From contig CBFGTS010000007.1 of assembly GCA_965652295.1 (NCBI GenBank), forward strand, positions 128,001 through 192,000: a DNA stretch of 64,000 bases, in the 5' to 3' direction. Positions 31,016-40,522 of this stretch are shown here, in pieces. Numbering within the stretch: the first letter of the stretch is position 1; the number at the start of each line of letters is the position of its first letter. This stretch comes from an uncultured Haloferula sp. GTDB lineage: Bacteria > Verrucomicrobiota > Verrucomicrobiia > Verrucomicrobiales > Akkermansiaceae. Made by a program: the position numbers and the translations under genes. A model generated the notes under the pieces. It had not been told where the DNA came from. It ran no database searches and saw only the letters and a list, made by a program, of their open reading frames with translations.

Positions 31016-32203
31016 ATGAACCGCCCGACCTTCCTCACTGCCTTCTGGAAATGGATTTCCGGCTTCGGTTTGGCCACCGTGCTGCTGGTGCTGCTGGGCG
31101 TCGAGACGTGGCTGGCGACCTTGGAAATGGTCGATGCGGGCCTGCTGGCGACACTGCGGAAATACTTCCACTGGACCTCCGTGATCCTCGTTCCGGAGAT
31201 CAACGGCAAATCGCTGCTCCTGCCGCTGCCTGGTGGCTACTGGGTCTGCGCGCTGCTGCTGGTGAACATGGTCTGCGGCGGCCTGATCCGCGCCCGCAAG
31301 GGCTGGAAAACCTGCGGTGTGATCCTGGCCCACTTTTCCATCGTCTTCATGGTGGCGGCGGGAGGAGTCGCCCAGCTTTACGAAAAGCGCGGCGTGATGT
31401 TCCTGATCGAGGGCCAGCAGGCCGATTACGCGGTCTCGCTGACGGATCCCACCGTCGAGGTGATCGAGTTCAAGGATGGCGAGCCGGTGGGCGAAGTCGT
31501 GGTCGCGGGCGAACCGGTGATGCGCGGCTTGAAGCCGGACCACGAGCGGGTGCTGGATTTCAAGGCGTTGCCCTTCGATCTGGAAATCACCGGTTGGCAG
31601 ACGAACGCGATGGTCCGCAAGGAGGGCGATGCGTGGTCGCTGCGGCCGCTACCGGTGCAGCCCGAGGGCGAGATGAACTCGCCCGGCTGTGTGGCGCGCG
31701 TGATCCGCGGGGATGGCACCGCGGGCGAGTCGTTCATTCTGGCCGTGCCGCCTGTCAGCACCGGCGAGGAAAGCTACCCACCGCGCTTGGTCGAGGTCGG
31801 CGGGCGCACCTTCGGCGTGCGGCTGGTGAAGGAAACCATCCCGGTGCCGTACACGGTGAAGCTGGATGACGCCGTGGCGGAATACTACCCGAACTCGATG
31901 CGTCCGAAGTCCTTCAGCAGCTCGATCCAACGCATCGGCGAGCGGGCCGTGCCGGTCGAGATCTCGATGAACGAGCCGATGCGATACGGCGGGTTCACGT
32001 TTTTCCAGCGGACCATGAGCGGAGCCGCGCAGATGAACCAAGGCCCTGAATTCTCGGGCTTCGAGGTGGTTTCCAACCCCGCCGACAAATGGCCGGAGTG
32101 GAGCCTCTATCTCGTCACCGCCGGTTTGTTGATCCACTTCATCACCAAGCTGGTGACTTCCATCAAGGCCGGCATGAGCCGCCGTACCCCCAAGGCAGCA
32201 TGA
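31016..32203 (+). CDS. Cytochrome c biogenesis protein, ResB/CcsB-like
   Basis: N-terminal TM helices with His (GVILAH), ISMNEPMRYGGFTFFQ, C-terminal TM. Confidence 0.8.
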   Translation: MNRPTFLTAFWKWISGFGLATVLLVLLGVETWLATLEMVDAGLLATLRKYFHWTSVILVPEINGKSLLLPLPGGYWVCALLLVNMVCGGLIRARKGWKTCGVILAHFSIVFMVAAGGVAQLYEKRGVMFLIEGQQADYAVSLTDPTVEVIEFKDGEPVGEVVVAGEPVMRGLKPDHERVLDFKALPFDLEITGWQTNAMVRKEGDAWSLRPLPVQPEGEMNSPGCVARVIRGDGTAGESFILAVPPVSTGEESYPPRLVEVGGRTFGVRLVKETIPVPYTVKLDDAVAEYYPNSMRPKSFSSSIQRIGERAVPVEISMNEPMRYGGFTFFQRTMSGAAQMNQGPEFSGFEVVSNPADKWPEWSLYLVTAGLLIHFITKLVTSIKAGMSRRTPKAA

Positions 32204-34230
32204 AAAAAGCGGCACGTTGGATTCTGTTTTCGCTCGGTTTACTCCTTTTCGCAGGAGTGCTGCTGACGGCTGCCCGCGACGCGCGGCCGCCCTCGACGGT
32301 GCGGGTGGTGGAGAACTATGCGCCGTGGAGTGAGGAAACGCTGGCACTCGCGGAATCGATCCCGGTGCAGGACGGCGGCCGGATCAAACCGCTGCGCACC
32401 TACGCCGGTTTCACGATGCTGCGCCTCCACGGTGCGCGCTCGATGAAGGTGGCGGCCAGCGAGGGGGGCGATGAGATCCGGATCGAGCCGCTCGGCTGGA
32501 TGCTTGATATCTATTTCCGCCCGCACCTGGCGATCCATCAGCCGACCTTCCGCGTGGAGGATTCGAGCGTGTTGACGGCGATCGGGGTCGAACCGCGCGA
32601 GCGGCGTGATCACTACAGTTATGCCGAGATCGAGCCCGGGCGTGACCGGCTTTTCGAACTCGCGCAGGGCTACGACGCGATTCCGAAGAAGGAACGCACC
32701 GGTCTGGAGCGACAGGTGCTCGACCTGGCGGAGAACGTGCATAGCTACGAGCAGGCGCTGGGCGCGTTTTCGATGGTGCGCTCCGGCCTGCGTATGATTC
32801 CGGTGAGCGGATTGCCTGAAGGAGAGGGCGAGGAACCGAAGTCCGCGGGCGTGGGGGAAGTAATGGCCACCGCCCCGATCATCCGACAGGTTCTTCAGGA
32901 ATCGCAGGCGGCGGGGAAGGAAATGCCACCGCATGTCCGCCACCTGCTCGAGCAGCTCCTCGACGGAGCGAACGCGTCCAAGGCCGGGCCGTTCCTCTTT
33001 CCGCCGGCGAATCCGGAGGACGAACACTGGCTGAGCCCGGGAGAGCGGGTGATGAACGTGATGGAGATGAAGACCCGCGATGTCGAGGGCTCCATCGCCG
33101 ACATCAAACGCATCGAGGAGGTGTCGCGGGCGATCTTCGAATCCGAGGCGGAGTTCCGCACCGAGTTGGGCGAGTTGAAGGACGATCTTGTGTCCCGTGC
33201 CGAGGCCCGGAGCGAGTATGACAAGGTGCCGCTGGAGGCCGAATACTACCGCCGGAACTGGCTGCTCTATGCATTGGCTTTCTTTCTCGTCGGCACGTTG
33301 CTGGCGATGGGCATGTGGATGACCCGCGGGACTGCGGCGCGAATCCTTGGTTGGGGTGTGTGGGCCACGACGCTGACCGCCTGGGTCATGGTTGTCATTC
33401 CCATCGTGAAGCGCTCCATCATCATGGAGCGTCCGCCTGTTGGTAACCTTTACGATACGATCATCTTCATCACCGCCGCGGTGGTGGTCTTCGGCTCGGT
33501 GGTCGAGTGGTTCACACGCCGTCGCCTCGCGCTGGGCACCATGCCGATCGCCGGCGTGCTGCTGATCCTGCTGGCCCGGCTTTTTGAAGTCGGTGAAGCG
33601 CGCGATCACATGGACCCGCTGGTCGCCGTGCTGCGCTCCAACTACTGGCTCACCACGCACGTCATCACGATCGTGCTCGGTTATGCCAGCGGGCTGGTCA
33701 CTGCCGTGCTCGGGATCGTCTATGTCCTGCTGCGCGGGCTGGGGCTTGATGGCGGCGATAAATCCCTGCGGCGCTCATTGACCCGCGCGGTTTACGGCAT
33801 GGTCTGCGTGACCTTGTTTCTTTCCCTCGTCGGCACCGTGCTTGGTGGCATCTGGGCGAACGATTCGTGGGGACGCTTCTGGGGGTGGGACCCGAAGGAG
33901 AACGGCGCACTGATGATCGTGCTGGCGAATCTCGCGATCCTTCACGCCCGCCTTGGCGGCTACATCAGGGAATGGGGCCTCCATCTTTCGGGCATCTTCA
34001 TGGCGGCCATCGTGACCTTTTCGTGGTGGAACGTGAACATGCTCGATACCGGCCTGCACAACTACGGCTTCACCGATGGAGCGGGCTACATCCGGCTGCT
34101 CTACGCATTGGTTGGTGGCCTGATCGCCTTCGGTTTCGCGGCGCGGTGGTGGGAGATCGCGCGGGATCGGCAGGCGAAGATCGACTTTCCTGGCAAGCTT
34201 CCCGAGGGGGAAAAATCCGCGAACTCCTGA
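32200..34230 (+). CDS. ccsA: Cytochrome c biogenesis protein CcsA/ResC (system II)
   Basis: WLTTHV and the WWD motif GGIWANDSWGRFWGWDPKE; GLHNYG. Confidence 0.92.
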   Translation: MKKAARWILFSLGLLLFAGVLLTAARDARPPSTVRVVENYAPWSEETLALAESIPVQDGGRIKPLRTYAGFTMLRLHGARSMKVAASEGGDEIRIEPLGWMLDIYFRPHLAIHQPTFRVEDSSVLTAIGVEPRERRDHYSYAEIEPGRDRLFELAQGYDAIPKKERTGLERQVLDLAENVHSYEQALGAFSMVRSGLRMIPVSGLPEGEGEEPKSAGVGEVMATAPIIRQVLQESQAAGKEMPPHVRHLLEQLLDGANASKAGPFLFPPANPEDEHWLSPGERVMNVMEMKTRDVEGSIADIKRIEEVSRAIFESEAEFRTELGELKDDLVSRAEARSEYDKVPLEAEYYRRNWLLYALAFFLVGTLLAMGMWMTRGTAARILGWGVWATTLTAWVMVVIPIVKRSIIMERPPVGNLYDTIIFITAAVVVFGSVVEWFTRRRLALGTMPIAGVLLILLARLFEVGEARDHMDPLVAVLRSNYWLTTHVITIVLGYASGLVTAVLGIVYVLLRGLGLDGGDKSLRRSLTRAVYGMVCVTLFLSLVGTVLGGIWANDSWGRFWGWDPKENGALMIVLANLAILHARLGGYIREWGLHLSGIFMAAIVTFSWWNVNMLDTGLHNYGFTDGAGYIRLLYALVGGLIAFGFAARWWEIARDRQAKIDFPGKLPEGEKSANS

Positions 34231-34276
34231 GGCGGGCCGTGCTTGCCGCAGTCGTTCCCGCCGGTAGCTTCGCGGC

Positions 34277-35503
34277 GTGACGGATCCGGCGCGACGCGAA
34301 CGAACCCCCGTGGCCGTCATCGGACGGCTTTGGTGGGTGTTCTTCGTGATCGGGATGTCACCGGGCTTCTACTATCCCGCCCTGACCAACATCCTCACGG
34401 CCCGTGGGCTCGACAGCGCCTTCATCCAGTGGTCGTGGCTCGCCGGGCCGATCGCCGCGCTGATTTCGCCGGTCGTCGTCGGCTCGCTGGCGGACAACCG
34501 CTTTTCCGGACAAAAAGTCCTTGGCTGGCTCAGCATCCTGAGCGCGGTGCTGCTGGCGATCGCCTTCCGGCTTCTGGATTCCGACGTTTCACCGATCTGG
34601 TTTCTCGTCTTCCAGTTCGCCAGCGCGATCGTTGGAGCGCCGCAGTGGAGCATGATGGCCAGCCTGTGTCTGGTTCACCTGAAGGACGGCGACAGCGAGT
34701 TTCCGATCGTGCGCCTCGGCGGGACGCTGGGATGGGTGGCAGCCGGCCTGATCCTGAGCTTTGCGATGAATGCCGATGCCTCACCGGTGGCCGGCTATCT
34801 CGGGGCGGGGGCGCGGGTTCTCGCCGGTTTTTGCGCTTTCGCGCTGCCGGCCACTCCACCGCTCGGAAGTTCGCGTTCCATCCGTTCGCTGCTGGGACTC
34901 GATGCCTTCGCGTTGCTCAAGGAGCGCGATCATCTCGTGTTTTTCGTGGTCACGGCGCTGCTCTCCATGCCGCTGACGGCTTTCTACATGTGGACGCCCC
35001 GGCATTTGGCCGAGCTCGGCGATCCGCACGTGGTCGCAACGATGGCCTTGGGGCAGATCAGCGAAGTGGTGGCCATGCTGCTCATGGCCATGCTGATCCG
35101 GCGGTTCCGGGTGAAGACGCTGCTGGTCGTCTCCCTGCTGCTCACCGGACTTCGATACGGCCTGTTCGCCTGGAGTGGGGAAACAGGCATGCGCCTGGGG
35201 TTGATCGCGGGAGTCACGCTCCACGGCCTTTGCTACACCCTCTATTTCATCACCGCTCAGCTTTTCCTCGATCGCCGCGTCCCGGTCGGCATGCGGAGTC
35301 AGGCACAGGGGCTGATTTCGCTGTTCTCCAATGGCATCGGCAGCCTCGCCGGAATGTTCGCCGTGCGGCTGTGGTATGACCACACGGTGGGCGCGGGAAA
35401 TGGCGGATGGACGCTCTTCTGGGGAGTGCTTGGAGCCTTTCTCGTGCTGCTCACGATCGCCTTTGCCCTCGCCTACCGCGGGGTCGCTCCCAAGGAAAGG
35501 TGA
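34277..35503 (+). CDS. MFS transporter (nucleoside:H+ symporter-like)
   Basis: 12 TM pattern; GSLADNRFS, FPIVRLGGTLGW, GQISEV, LHGLCY. Confidence 0.85.
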   Translation: MTDPARRERTPVAVIGRLWWVFFVIGMSPGFYYPALTNILTARGLDSAFIQWSWLAGPIAALISPVVVGSLADNRFSGQKVLGWLSILSAVLLAIAFRLLDSDVSPIWFLVFQFASAIVGAPQWSMMASLCLVHLKDGDSEFPIVRLGGTLGWVAAGLILSFAMNADASPVAGYLGAGARVLAGFCAFALPATPPLGSSRSIRSLLGLDAFALLKERDHLVFFVVTALLSMPLTAFYMWTPRHLAELGDPHVVATMALGQISEVVAMLLMAMLIRRFRVKTLLVVSLLLTGLRYGLFAWSGETGMRLGLIAGVTLHGLCYTLYFITAQLFLDRRVPVGMRSQAQGLISLFSNGIGSLAGMFAVRLWYDHTVGAGNGGWTLFWGVLGAFLVLLTIAFALAYRGVAPKER

Positions 35504-35513
35504 CTCATGGCAG

Positions 35514-36230
35514 TTATGGCAGTTTCCATTCCGCGCGCCGCCGGTCGTATTCCGCCTTCGGCAGAAGAACGTAGAGCGGCTGTCTGGCCGGATCGATCCA
35601 TGCGATGAGCTGGCGCAGGTGTTCCTCCGGCATCGTGGTGCAGCCGGCGGTGGGCTTGGATCCGCCGCCGCGCCAGATGTGGAAGAAGATCGCACTGCCT
35701 GCCCCCGGAACGACCTGCGGCGGAGCGTTGTGGGCGATGAACAACTTCAGCGAGTGGGGGTAGTCGTCCTGCCGCATCTGCTGCTTTTTCTCCCAGGCCG
35801 TGGCCGGCTCGTGATCGAGGACGAGGTGACGGTTGTAGCTCTGCGATTTCGGGTCCTCCACCCACAGATCGCGCGAGGTCACCTGGCGATAGAAGAGATT
35901 CGGGTGCTTGCGGATCGCGGCGTCGTATCCCCACGCGCCGCCGATGCGGAAGACGCCGGCTGGCGCGCGGCCATCGCCTTCTTTCTTGGTCGCACCACCC
36001 TGCGCAGGATGGATCCCGCTGCCCCAGACGAGCCCGCTTTTTCCGAGCCGCCCTTTCCATGGGCCCATCACCCGCTGCCATTTGCCGCCACGCTTCTCGT
36101 AGGCGGCAAGGGTGACGTGCGAGCTGTTCCAGTCATCGGCGGTCCCCACGACACACTGGCTGGAGGGTGCAGGGAGCTCGAAGCCGAAGCTGAGGCCGGC
36201 GGCCGCGAGGAAGAGCAGGAGGATTCGCAT
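35514..36230 (-). CDS. L,D-transpeptidase (YkuD-like) family protein
   Basis: KEGDGRAPAG, GSAIFFHIW, TAGC; signal peptide. Confidence 0.82.
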   Translation of the reverse strand: MRILLLFLAAAGLSFGFELPAPSSQCVVGTADDWNSSHVTLAAYEKRGGKWQRVMGPWKGRLGKSGLVWGSGIHPAQGGATKKEGDGRAPAGVFRIGGAWGYDAAIRKHPNLFYRQVTSRDLWVEDPKSQSYNRHLVLDHEPATAWEKKQQMRQDDYPHSLKLFIAHNAPPQVVPGAGSAIFFHIWRGGGSKPTAGCTTMPEEHLRQLIAWIDPARQPLYVLLPKAEYDRRRAEWKLP

Positions 36231-36246
36231 GGGTTCTCCGATCGCA

Positions 36247-37224
36247 TCATCGACACCCGGTTTCAAGGACGAGAAACGCGTCGCCCGCGCCGTGACTCGT
36301 GGTGAGAAATCGATCCTGGTCGGACTCCCGCACGTGCGGAGCCAGGAACTCCGCCTGAGTCCGGAGGGAAAGCACGTTCGAGTGATTTTCAGACCAGCGG
36401 GCGAGGTCGGTGAAGTTCACATCGGCGGTCAGGTCCTGATGACCCGGGCGGGCGAGCGCTTCGCCGCCGGTGAAGCACTGGTGGTGGAAGTAGGCCCGCA
36501 GGCTGCCGTCCGGCTGCCGATGGTAGAGGCCGGCGAGTTCGGCACCGTAGTCGAGGGTCAGCATCCGCCCGGCTCGCCAGCCGACGAGGTTTTTCTCCAG
36601 CCAGTCGCGGTGGCTTTCGTGGACTTCGACGATTTGCCCGGGAGGCCAGGGGCGCTCGAAAATCGAGGAGTCAGGCAACTTCTCGCACGGCGTCCAAAGC
36701 GACGAGGCGGGCAACACGTGCTGCTCGGACCAGCCGTCGGTTTCCTTGCGGAAACGGCGGACGGGGAAGGCATCGACGAACTCGTTCGAGTAGATGCAGG
36801 CTTTTCCCGAACACGCCTGGAGGGCGGCGGCGAGATCGTCATGCCATTGCACCCGGCCGCCGAGGGCTTCCTGCTGGCGCTCGCGGAGCGGCACGGAGCG
36901 TTCCACCAGATGGAGGCGGGGTTTCCTCCACCACGGGAAATGCCGCATCACCTCGCGGGCCAGGCTGCCGGTGCCGGGTCCGAGTTCGATGAGGTCCCGG
37001 CAGGCCGTCACCCGCAACGTCTCCCGCGCCCATGCTCCCACGGCCCGACCCAGCAAGCCGCCCAGGGACGCGCTGGTCGAGAAGTCGCCCCGTGGCCCGA
37101 CCTCCCGGATACGGCGTCCGTAGTAGCCGCGTTCCGGATCGTGCAGGGCGGCCTGCATGAAGACATCGAACCGCAGGGCTTCGTCGCGGGAACGCCAGGG
37201 GAATGGGGATGCATCAGGTGGCAT
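36247..37224 (-). CDS. SAM-dependent methyltransferase, MidA/NDUFAF7 family
   Basis: GYY..., GDFSTS, ELGPGTG, SNEFVDAFP, DYG, DLTADVNF. Confidence 0.88.
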   Translation of the reverse strand: MPPDASPFPWRSRDEALRFDVFMQAALHDPERGYYGRRIREVGPRGDFSTSASLGGLLGRAVGAWARETLRVTACRDLIELGPGTGSLAREVMRHFPWWRKPRLHLVERSVPLRERQQEALGGRVQWHDDLAAALQACSGKACIYSNEFVDAFPVRRFRKETDGWSEQHVLPASSLWTPCEKLPDSSIFERPWPPGQIVEVHESHRDWLEKNLVGWRAGRMLTLDYGAELAGLYHRQPDGSLRAYFHHQCFTGGEALARPGHQDLTADVNFTDLARWSENHSNVLSLRTQAEFLAPHVRESDQDRFLTTSHGAGDAFLVLETGCR

Positions 37225-37290
37225 TTTGCTGAAATCGTTGCACGAGAGGTTCTTGACCCGTCGCTAAGCCTTGGACGAGTGTTTCTTAAG

Positions 37291-37767
37291 ATGAGGCAAG
37301 GATGGCTCATGATCGCCGGGTTGGTGCTGGTGGCGGGGTGCGATCGGCCGGTGCAGGTGCCGGAGACGCCCGAGAAGAAAGACGCCCCGGCGGTGGAGGT
37401 CCTCAAGGAAGTCGGCCGCTCGCTCGATGAGATGGGCGACCGGATCGTCAACCCGGTCGAGCCGGCGAAGCCGAAAGCGGACGTTCCCGTTGAAAAGGAC
37501 GATCCGGCCAAGGCAGAGGACGCCGTCGAGGCTCCGCCCGTCACTCCTTCGGTCGTTCCCGTGGCCGAGCCCGCCGAGGGCAAACCGGGCTACATCGTCA
37601 GCCCCTATTCGGGGAAGATTGTCGATGTGCGTGGCATTCCCGCCGGCACCTTGGTCCAGGACCCGGACTTTCCGTCGGCGGAGAAGAAGTATTTCCGCGT
37701 GCCGGCCGAACTGGAAACCTTGGACGCCGGAGCGGAGGAAGAGAACGAGCGAGTGCCCCAGGACTGA
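37291..37767 (+). CDS. Hypothetical lipoprotein
   Basis: Lipobox VAGC, Pro/Glu-rich linker, C-terminal GKPGYIVSPY...DVRGIPAGT...DP domain. Confidence 0.7.
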   Translation: MRQGWLMIAGLVLVAGCDRPVQVPETPEKKDAPAVEVLKEVGRSLDEMGDRIVNPVEPAKPKADVPVEKDDPAKAEDAVEAPPVTPSVVPVAEPAEGKPGYIVSPYSGKIVDVRGIPAGTLVQDPDFPSAEKKYFRVPAELETLDAGAEEENERVPQD

Positions 37768-37836
37768 GGGGCGTCGGCAAAGCGGCACCACGCTCTCCAG
37801 GGTTGCGCAGGAGCGGGATGCAGGGCAAACGGGGGC

Positions 37837-38604
37837 GTGGACCGCTGGGCGCTCATCATTGCCACCCTGTTCGCCGCGATCGGCGGGGCGAACGGAATGC
37901 TGTCATTGCGACACGGACACCGGTCCAAAGCGACGATCTTCTGGATGGGCGGTGCGCTGGCCGCGCAGCTCGTTTTTCTTTCGATCCGCGGGCAGCAGCG
38001 CGGGGCCTGTCCGCTGATGGGCACGGGGGAAATCCTGGCCTTTCTGGCGTGGTCGCTGACCGTGTTCTACCTTCTGGTGGGATCGACCTACCGGCTGTCG
38101 TTGCTGGGGGTGTTTTCGGCGCCCGTGGTGGTGATTTTTCAAGCGGTGGCGCTGATCCCCGGTGTGCTGGAGGCGGACCCCGAGCGGTTGCCGTCGACCG
38201 ATGCATGGCGGGAAACGCACGCGGCGATGTCGGTGCTGGGCTACGGCGCGCTGGCGCTGGCGGCGGTGGCGGCGGTGATGTTCCTGGTGCTCGACCGCCA
38301 GTTGAAGAGGCACCACCTGACCTCGGGGCTTTTCAAGAACCTGCCGCCGGCGCGGACGTTGCTGGTGTCGCTCCGCCGGCTGTTATGGGTCGGCTGGCTG
38401 ACTTTGAGCGTGGGGGTGGTCGCGGGTTTCCGGATGCCGCACGGGGAGGGGGCGGAGGCGCATCTCGCCGCCGCGGCGGGCGTGTGGCTGGCCTACACGC
38501 TGTTGCTCGGAGTGTTGCAGTTGAGGGGGATCACGGGGCGGCGGCTCTCATTGATCACCGTGGTGCTTTTCGTTTTGTCCCTGTCGGTTTTCGCGTCGGT
38601 CTGA
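37837..38604 (+). CDS. Cytochrome c assembly / HemX-like membrane protein
   Basis: 8-TM protein with a His-containing helix, translationally coupled to hemA. Confidence 0.75.
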   Translation: MDRWALIIATLFAAIGGANGMLSLRHGHRSKATIFWMGGALAAQLVFLSIRGQQRGACPLMGTGEILAFLAWSLTVFYLLVGSTYRLSLLGVFSAPVVVIFQAVALIPGVLEADPERLPSTDAWRETHAAMSVLGYGALALAAVAAVMFLVLDRQLKRHHLTSGLFKNLPPARTLLVSLRRLLWVGWLTLSVGVVAGFRMPHGEGAEAHLAAAAGVWLAYTLLLGVLQLRGITGRRLSLITVVLFVLSLSVFASV

Positions 38605-39596
38605 TGGAACTGGTTTGCTACGGCCTCAATCACCGCAGCGCTCCGGTGGAGATTCGGGAGCGGTATGCCATCGCGGCCCCGCGGCTCGGCGAGCATGCGC
38701 TGGCGTTGCGCGAGTTGGAGGGGATCGAGGAGGTGGTGGTCCTTTCAACCTGCAACCGCACCGAGTTCTACCTCGCCGGAGAGTCGGCCGAGTACGCGCT
38801 GGCGTCGCTGCGGTCCAGGCTGGGCGAGGGCAGCGATGAGCATTGGTATGAAATGCAGCGGCTTGAGGTCGCGCAGCATTTGTGCGAGGTGGCCAGCGGG
38901 CTGGATTCGATGGTGCTCGGGGAAACCGAGATCTTCGGCCAGTTGAAGACCGCCTACCGCCATGCGCACGAGGCCGGGGCGACCGGTGGAGTGTTGAACC
39001 GGCTGTTCCAGCGGGCCTTCGGCGTGGGGAAAAAGGTCCGCACCGAGACGGCGATCCAGGAGGGAGCGACCTCGGTGGCGGGCACGGCGGTGGAGTTGGC
39101 CGAGAAGATTTTCGGAAAACTCGATGGCTGCCGGGTGATCGTGATCGGTGCGGGCGAGACCAGCCGGCAGACGGCGCAGGCGCTGGTTTCGCGCGGGGCA
39201 TCGACGGTTTTCGTGACCAACCGCTCGCACGATCGGGCGGTGGAGCTGGCGGACGAGCTGGGCGGCCGCGCGGTGAAGTTCGACGAATGGCAGGGCGTGC
39301 TGGCCGGGGTGGACGTGGTGATTTCCTCCACCGCCGCGCCGCATCACGTGGTGCAGCCGTTTCACGTCGAGGCGGTGCGGCGGGTGCGGAAATTCCGGCC
39401 GCTGTTCCTGATCGACATCGCCGTGCCGCGGGACATCGACCCGGCAGTGGGAGACATCGAGGAAGTCTACCTTTACGATATCGACACGCTGGACCAGCTT
39501 GCGCGGGACGCACGCGGACGGCGCGAGCGGCAGATCACGGAATGCCGGGAGCTGATCGCGCGGGAGCTGGAAAAACTGAATTTGCCGGGAACATGA
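38604..39596 (+). CDS. hemA: Glutamyl-tRNA reductase
   Basis: GLNHRSAP, STCNRTEFY, GLDSMVLGETEIFGQ, GAGE, DIAVPRD. Confidence 0.96.
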   Translation: MELVCYGLNHRSAPVEIRERYAIAAPRLGEHALALRELEGIEEVVVLSTCNRTEFYLAGESAEYALASLRSRLGEGSDEHWYEMQRLEVAQHLCEVASGLDSMVLGETEIFGQLKTAYRHAHEAGATGGVLNRLFQRAFGVGKKVRTETAIQEGATSVAGTAVELAEKIFGKLDGCRVIVIGAGETSRQTAQALVSRGASTVFVTNRSHDRAVELADELGGRAVKFDEWQGVLAGVDVVISSTAAPHHVVQPFHVEAVRRVRKFRPLFLIDIAVPRDIDPAVGDIEEVYLYDIDTLDQLARDARGRRERQITECRELIARELEKLNLPGT

Positions 39597-40522
39597 CAAC
39601 GGAGCAGGTGGTGATCGGAACACGCGGCAGTGCGCTGGCGCTGGCGCAGGCGGAACTGACGGAGTCGGCTCTCGGGATGGCGTTTCCGGCGCTTCAGGTC
39701 GCGCGGGAGGTGATCAAAACCACCGGCGACCGCCGCACCGACGTGGCTCTGAGCGAGGTGGCGAAGGCCGAGGGCGTGATCGATAAGGGCGTTTTCACCA
39801 AGGAGCTGGAGCTGGCGTTGGAGGCGGGAACCATCGACATCGCCGTGCACTCGCTGAAGGACGTGCCGACGGTGCTCGACGCGCAGTTCGTGATCGCCGG
39901 AACGCTTGAACGCGCGCCGATCCGCGATGTGCTGGTTTCCAAGATCCCCGGCGGTCTCGACACGCTGCCTGCGGGCGCGGCGGTCGGGACCAGCAGCGTG
40001 CGGCGGGCGAAGCAATTGCTGTGGCTGCGGCCGGATTTGAAAGTCATCGACCTGCGCGGAAACGTGCCGACGCGGCTCTCGAAGGTGGCGGGCGCTGACT
40101 ACGATGCGATCCTGCTGGCCGAGGCCGGATTGGTGAGGCTGGGGCATGACCTTTCAAAAACCCAGCTCGTGGAGGGCGTCGAGCTGCACTTCGCGCCGCT
40201 GGCCGAGCAGGTGTTTTTCCCCGCCGCGGGGCAGGGGGCGATCGGTTTCGAGGTTCGCGCGGCCGATGCGGAGGCGAGGGAGATCGTGAAAGCGATCAAC
40301 CACCCTGCGACCTTCGTGCGGGTGACGGCGGAGCGGGAATTCCTGCGCCTGCTGGAGGGCGGATGCCACACACCGGTGGGGGTTTTCACCACGCTGGATG
40401 GCGGCCTGATCACGATGGAAGCCCGGGTTTTCCCGGAAGAAGGCGGTGACCCGAAAACGGGCAGTGCCGAGGGATGCGATCCTCTGGAAGTCGCAAAGGA
40501 ACTCTTTGAATCACTGGCATGA
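39593..40522 (+). CDS. hemC: Hydroxymethylbilane synthase
   Basis: GTRGSALA, KGVFTKELE, VHSLKD, GTSSVRR, RGNV, LEGGC. Confidence 0.96.
   Translation: MTTEQVVIGTRGSALALAQAELTESALGMAFPALQVAREVIKTTGDRRTDVALSEVAKAEGVIDKGVFTKELELALEAGTIDIAVHSLKDVPTVLDAQFVIAGTLERAPIRDVLVSKIPGGLDTLPAGAAVGTSSVRRAKQLLWLRPDLKVIDLRGNVPTRLSKVAGADYDAILLAEAGLVRLGHDLSKTQLVEGVELHFAPLAEQVFFPAAGQGAIGFEVRAADAEAREIVKAINHPATFVRVTAEREFLRLLEGGCHTPVGVFTTLDGGLITMEARVFPEEGGDPKTGSAEGCDPLEVAKELFESLA

Noticed and set aside
35507..35524. atggcagtt x2 direct repeat at convergent gene ends
   Set aside because: A single 9-bp duplication with no associated element; could be chance or slippage.
36112..37290. N-terminal extension of the 551-aa plus ORF (likewise the extended starts of 37803-39596, 38882-40522 and 32089-34230)
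   Set aside because: The extensions overlap real genes; the true starts are downstream at recognisable N-termini.
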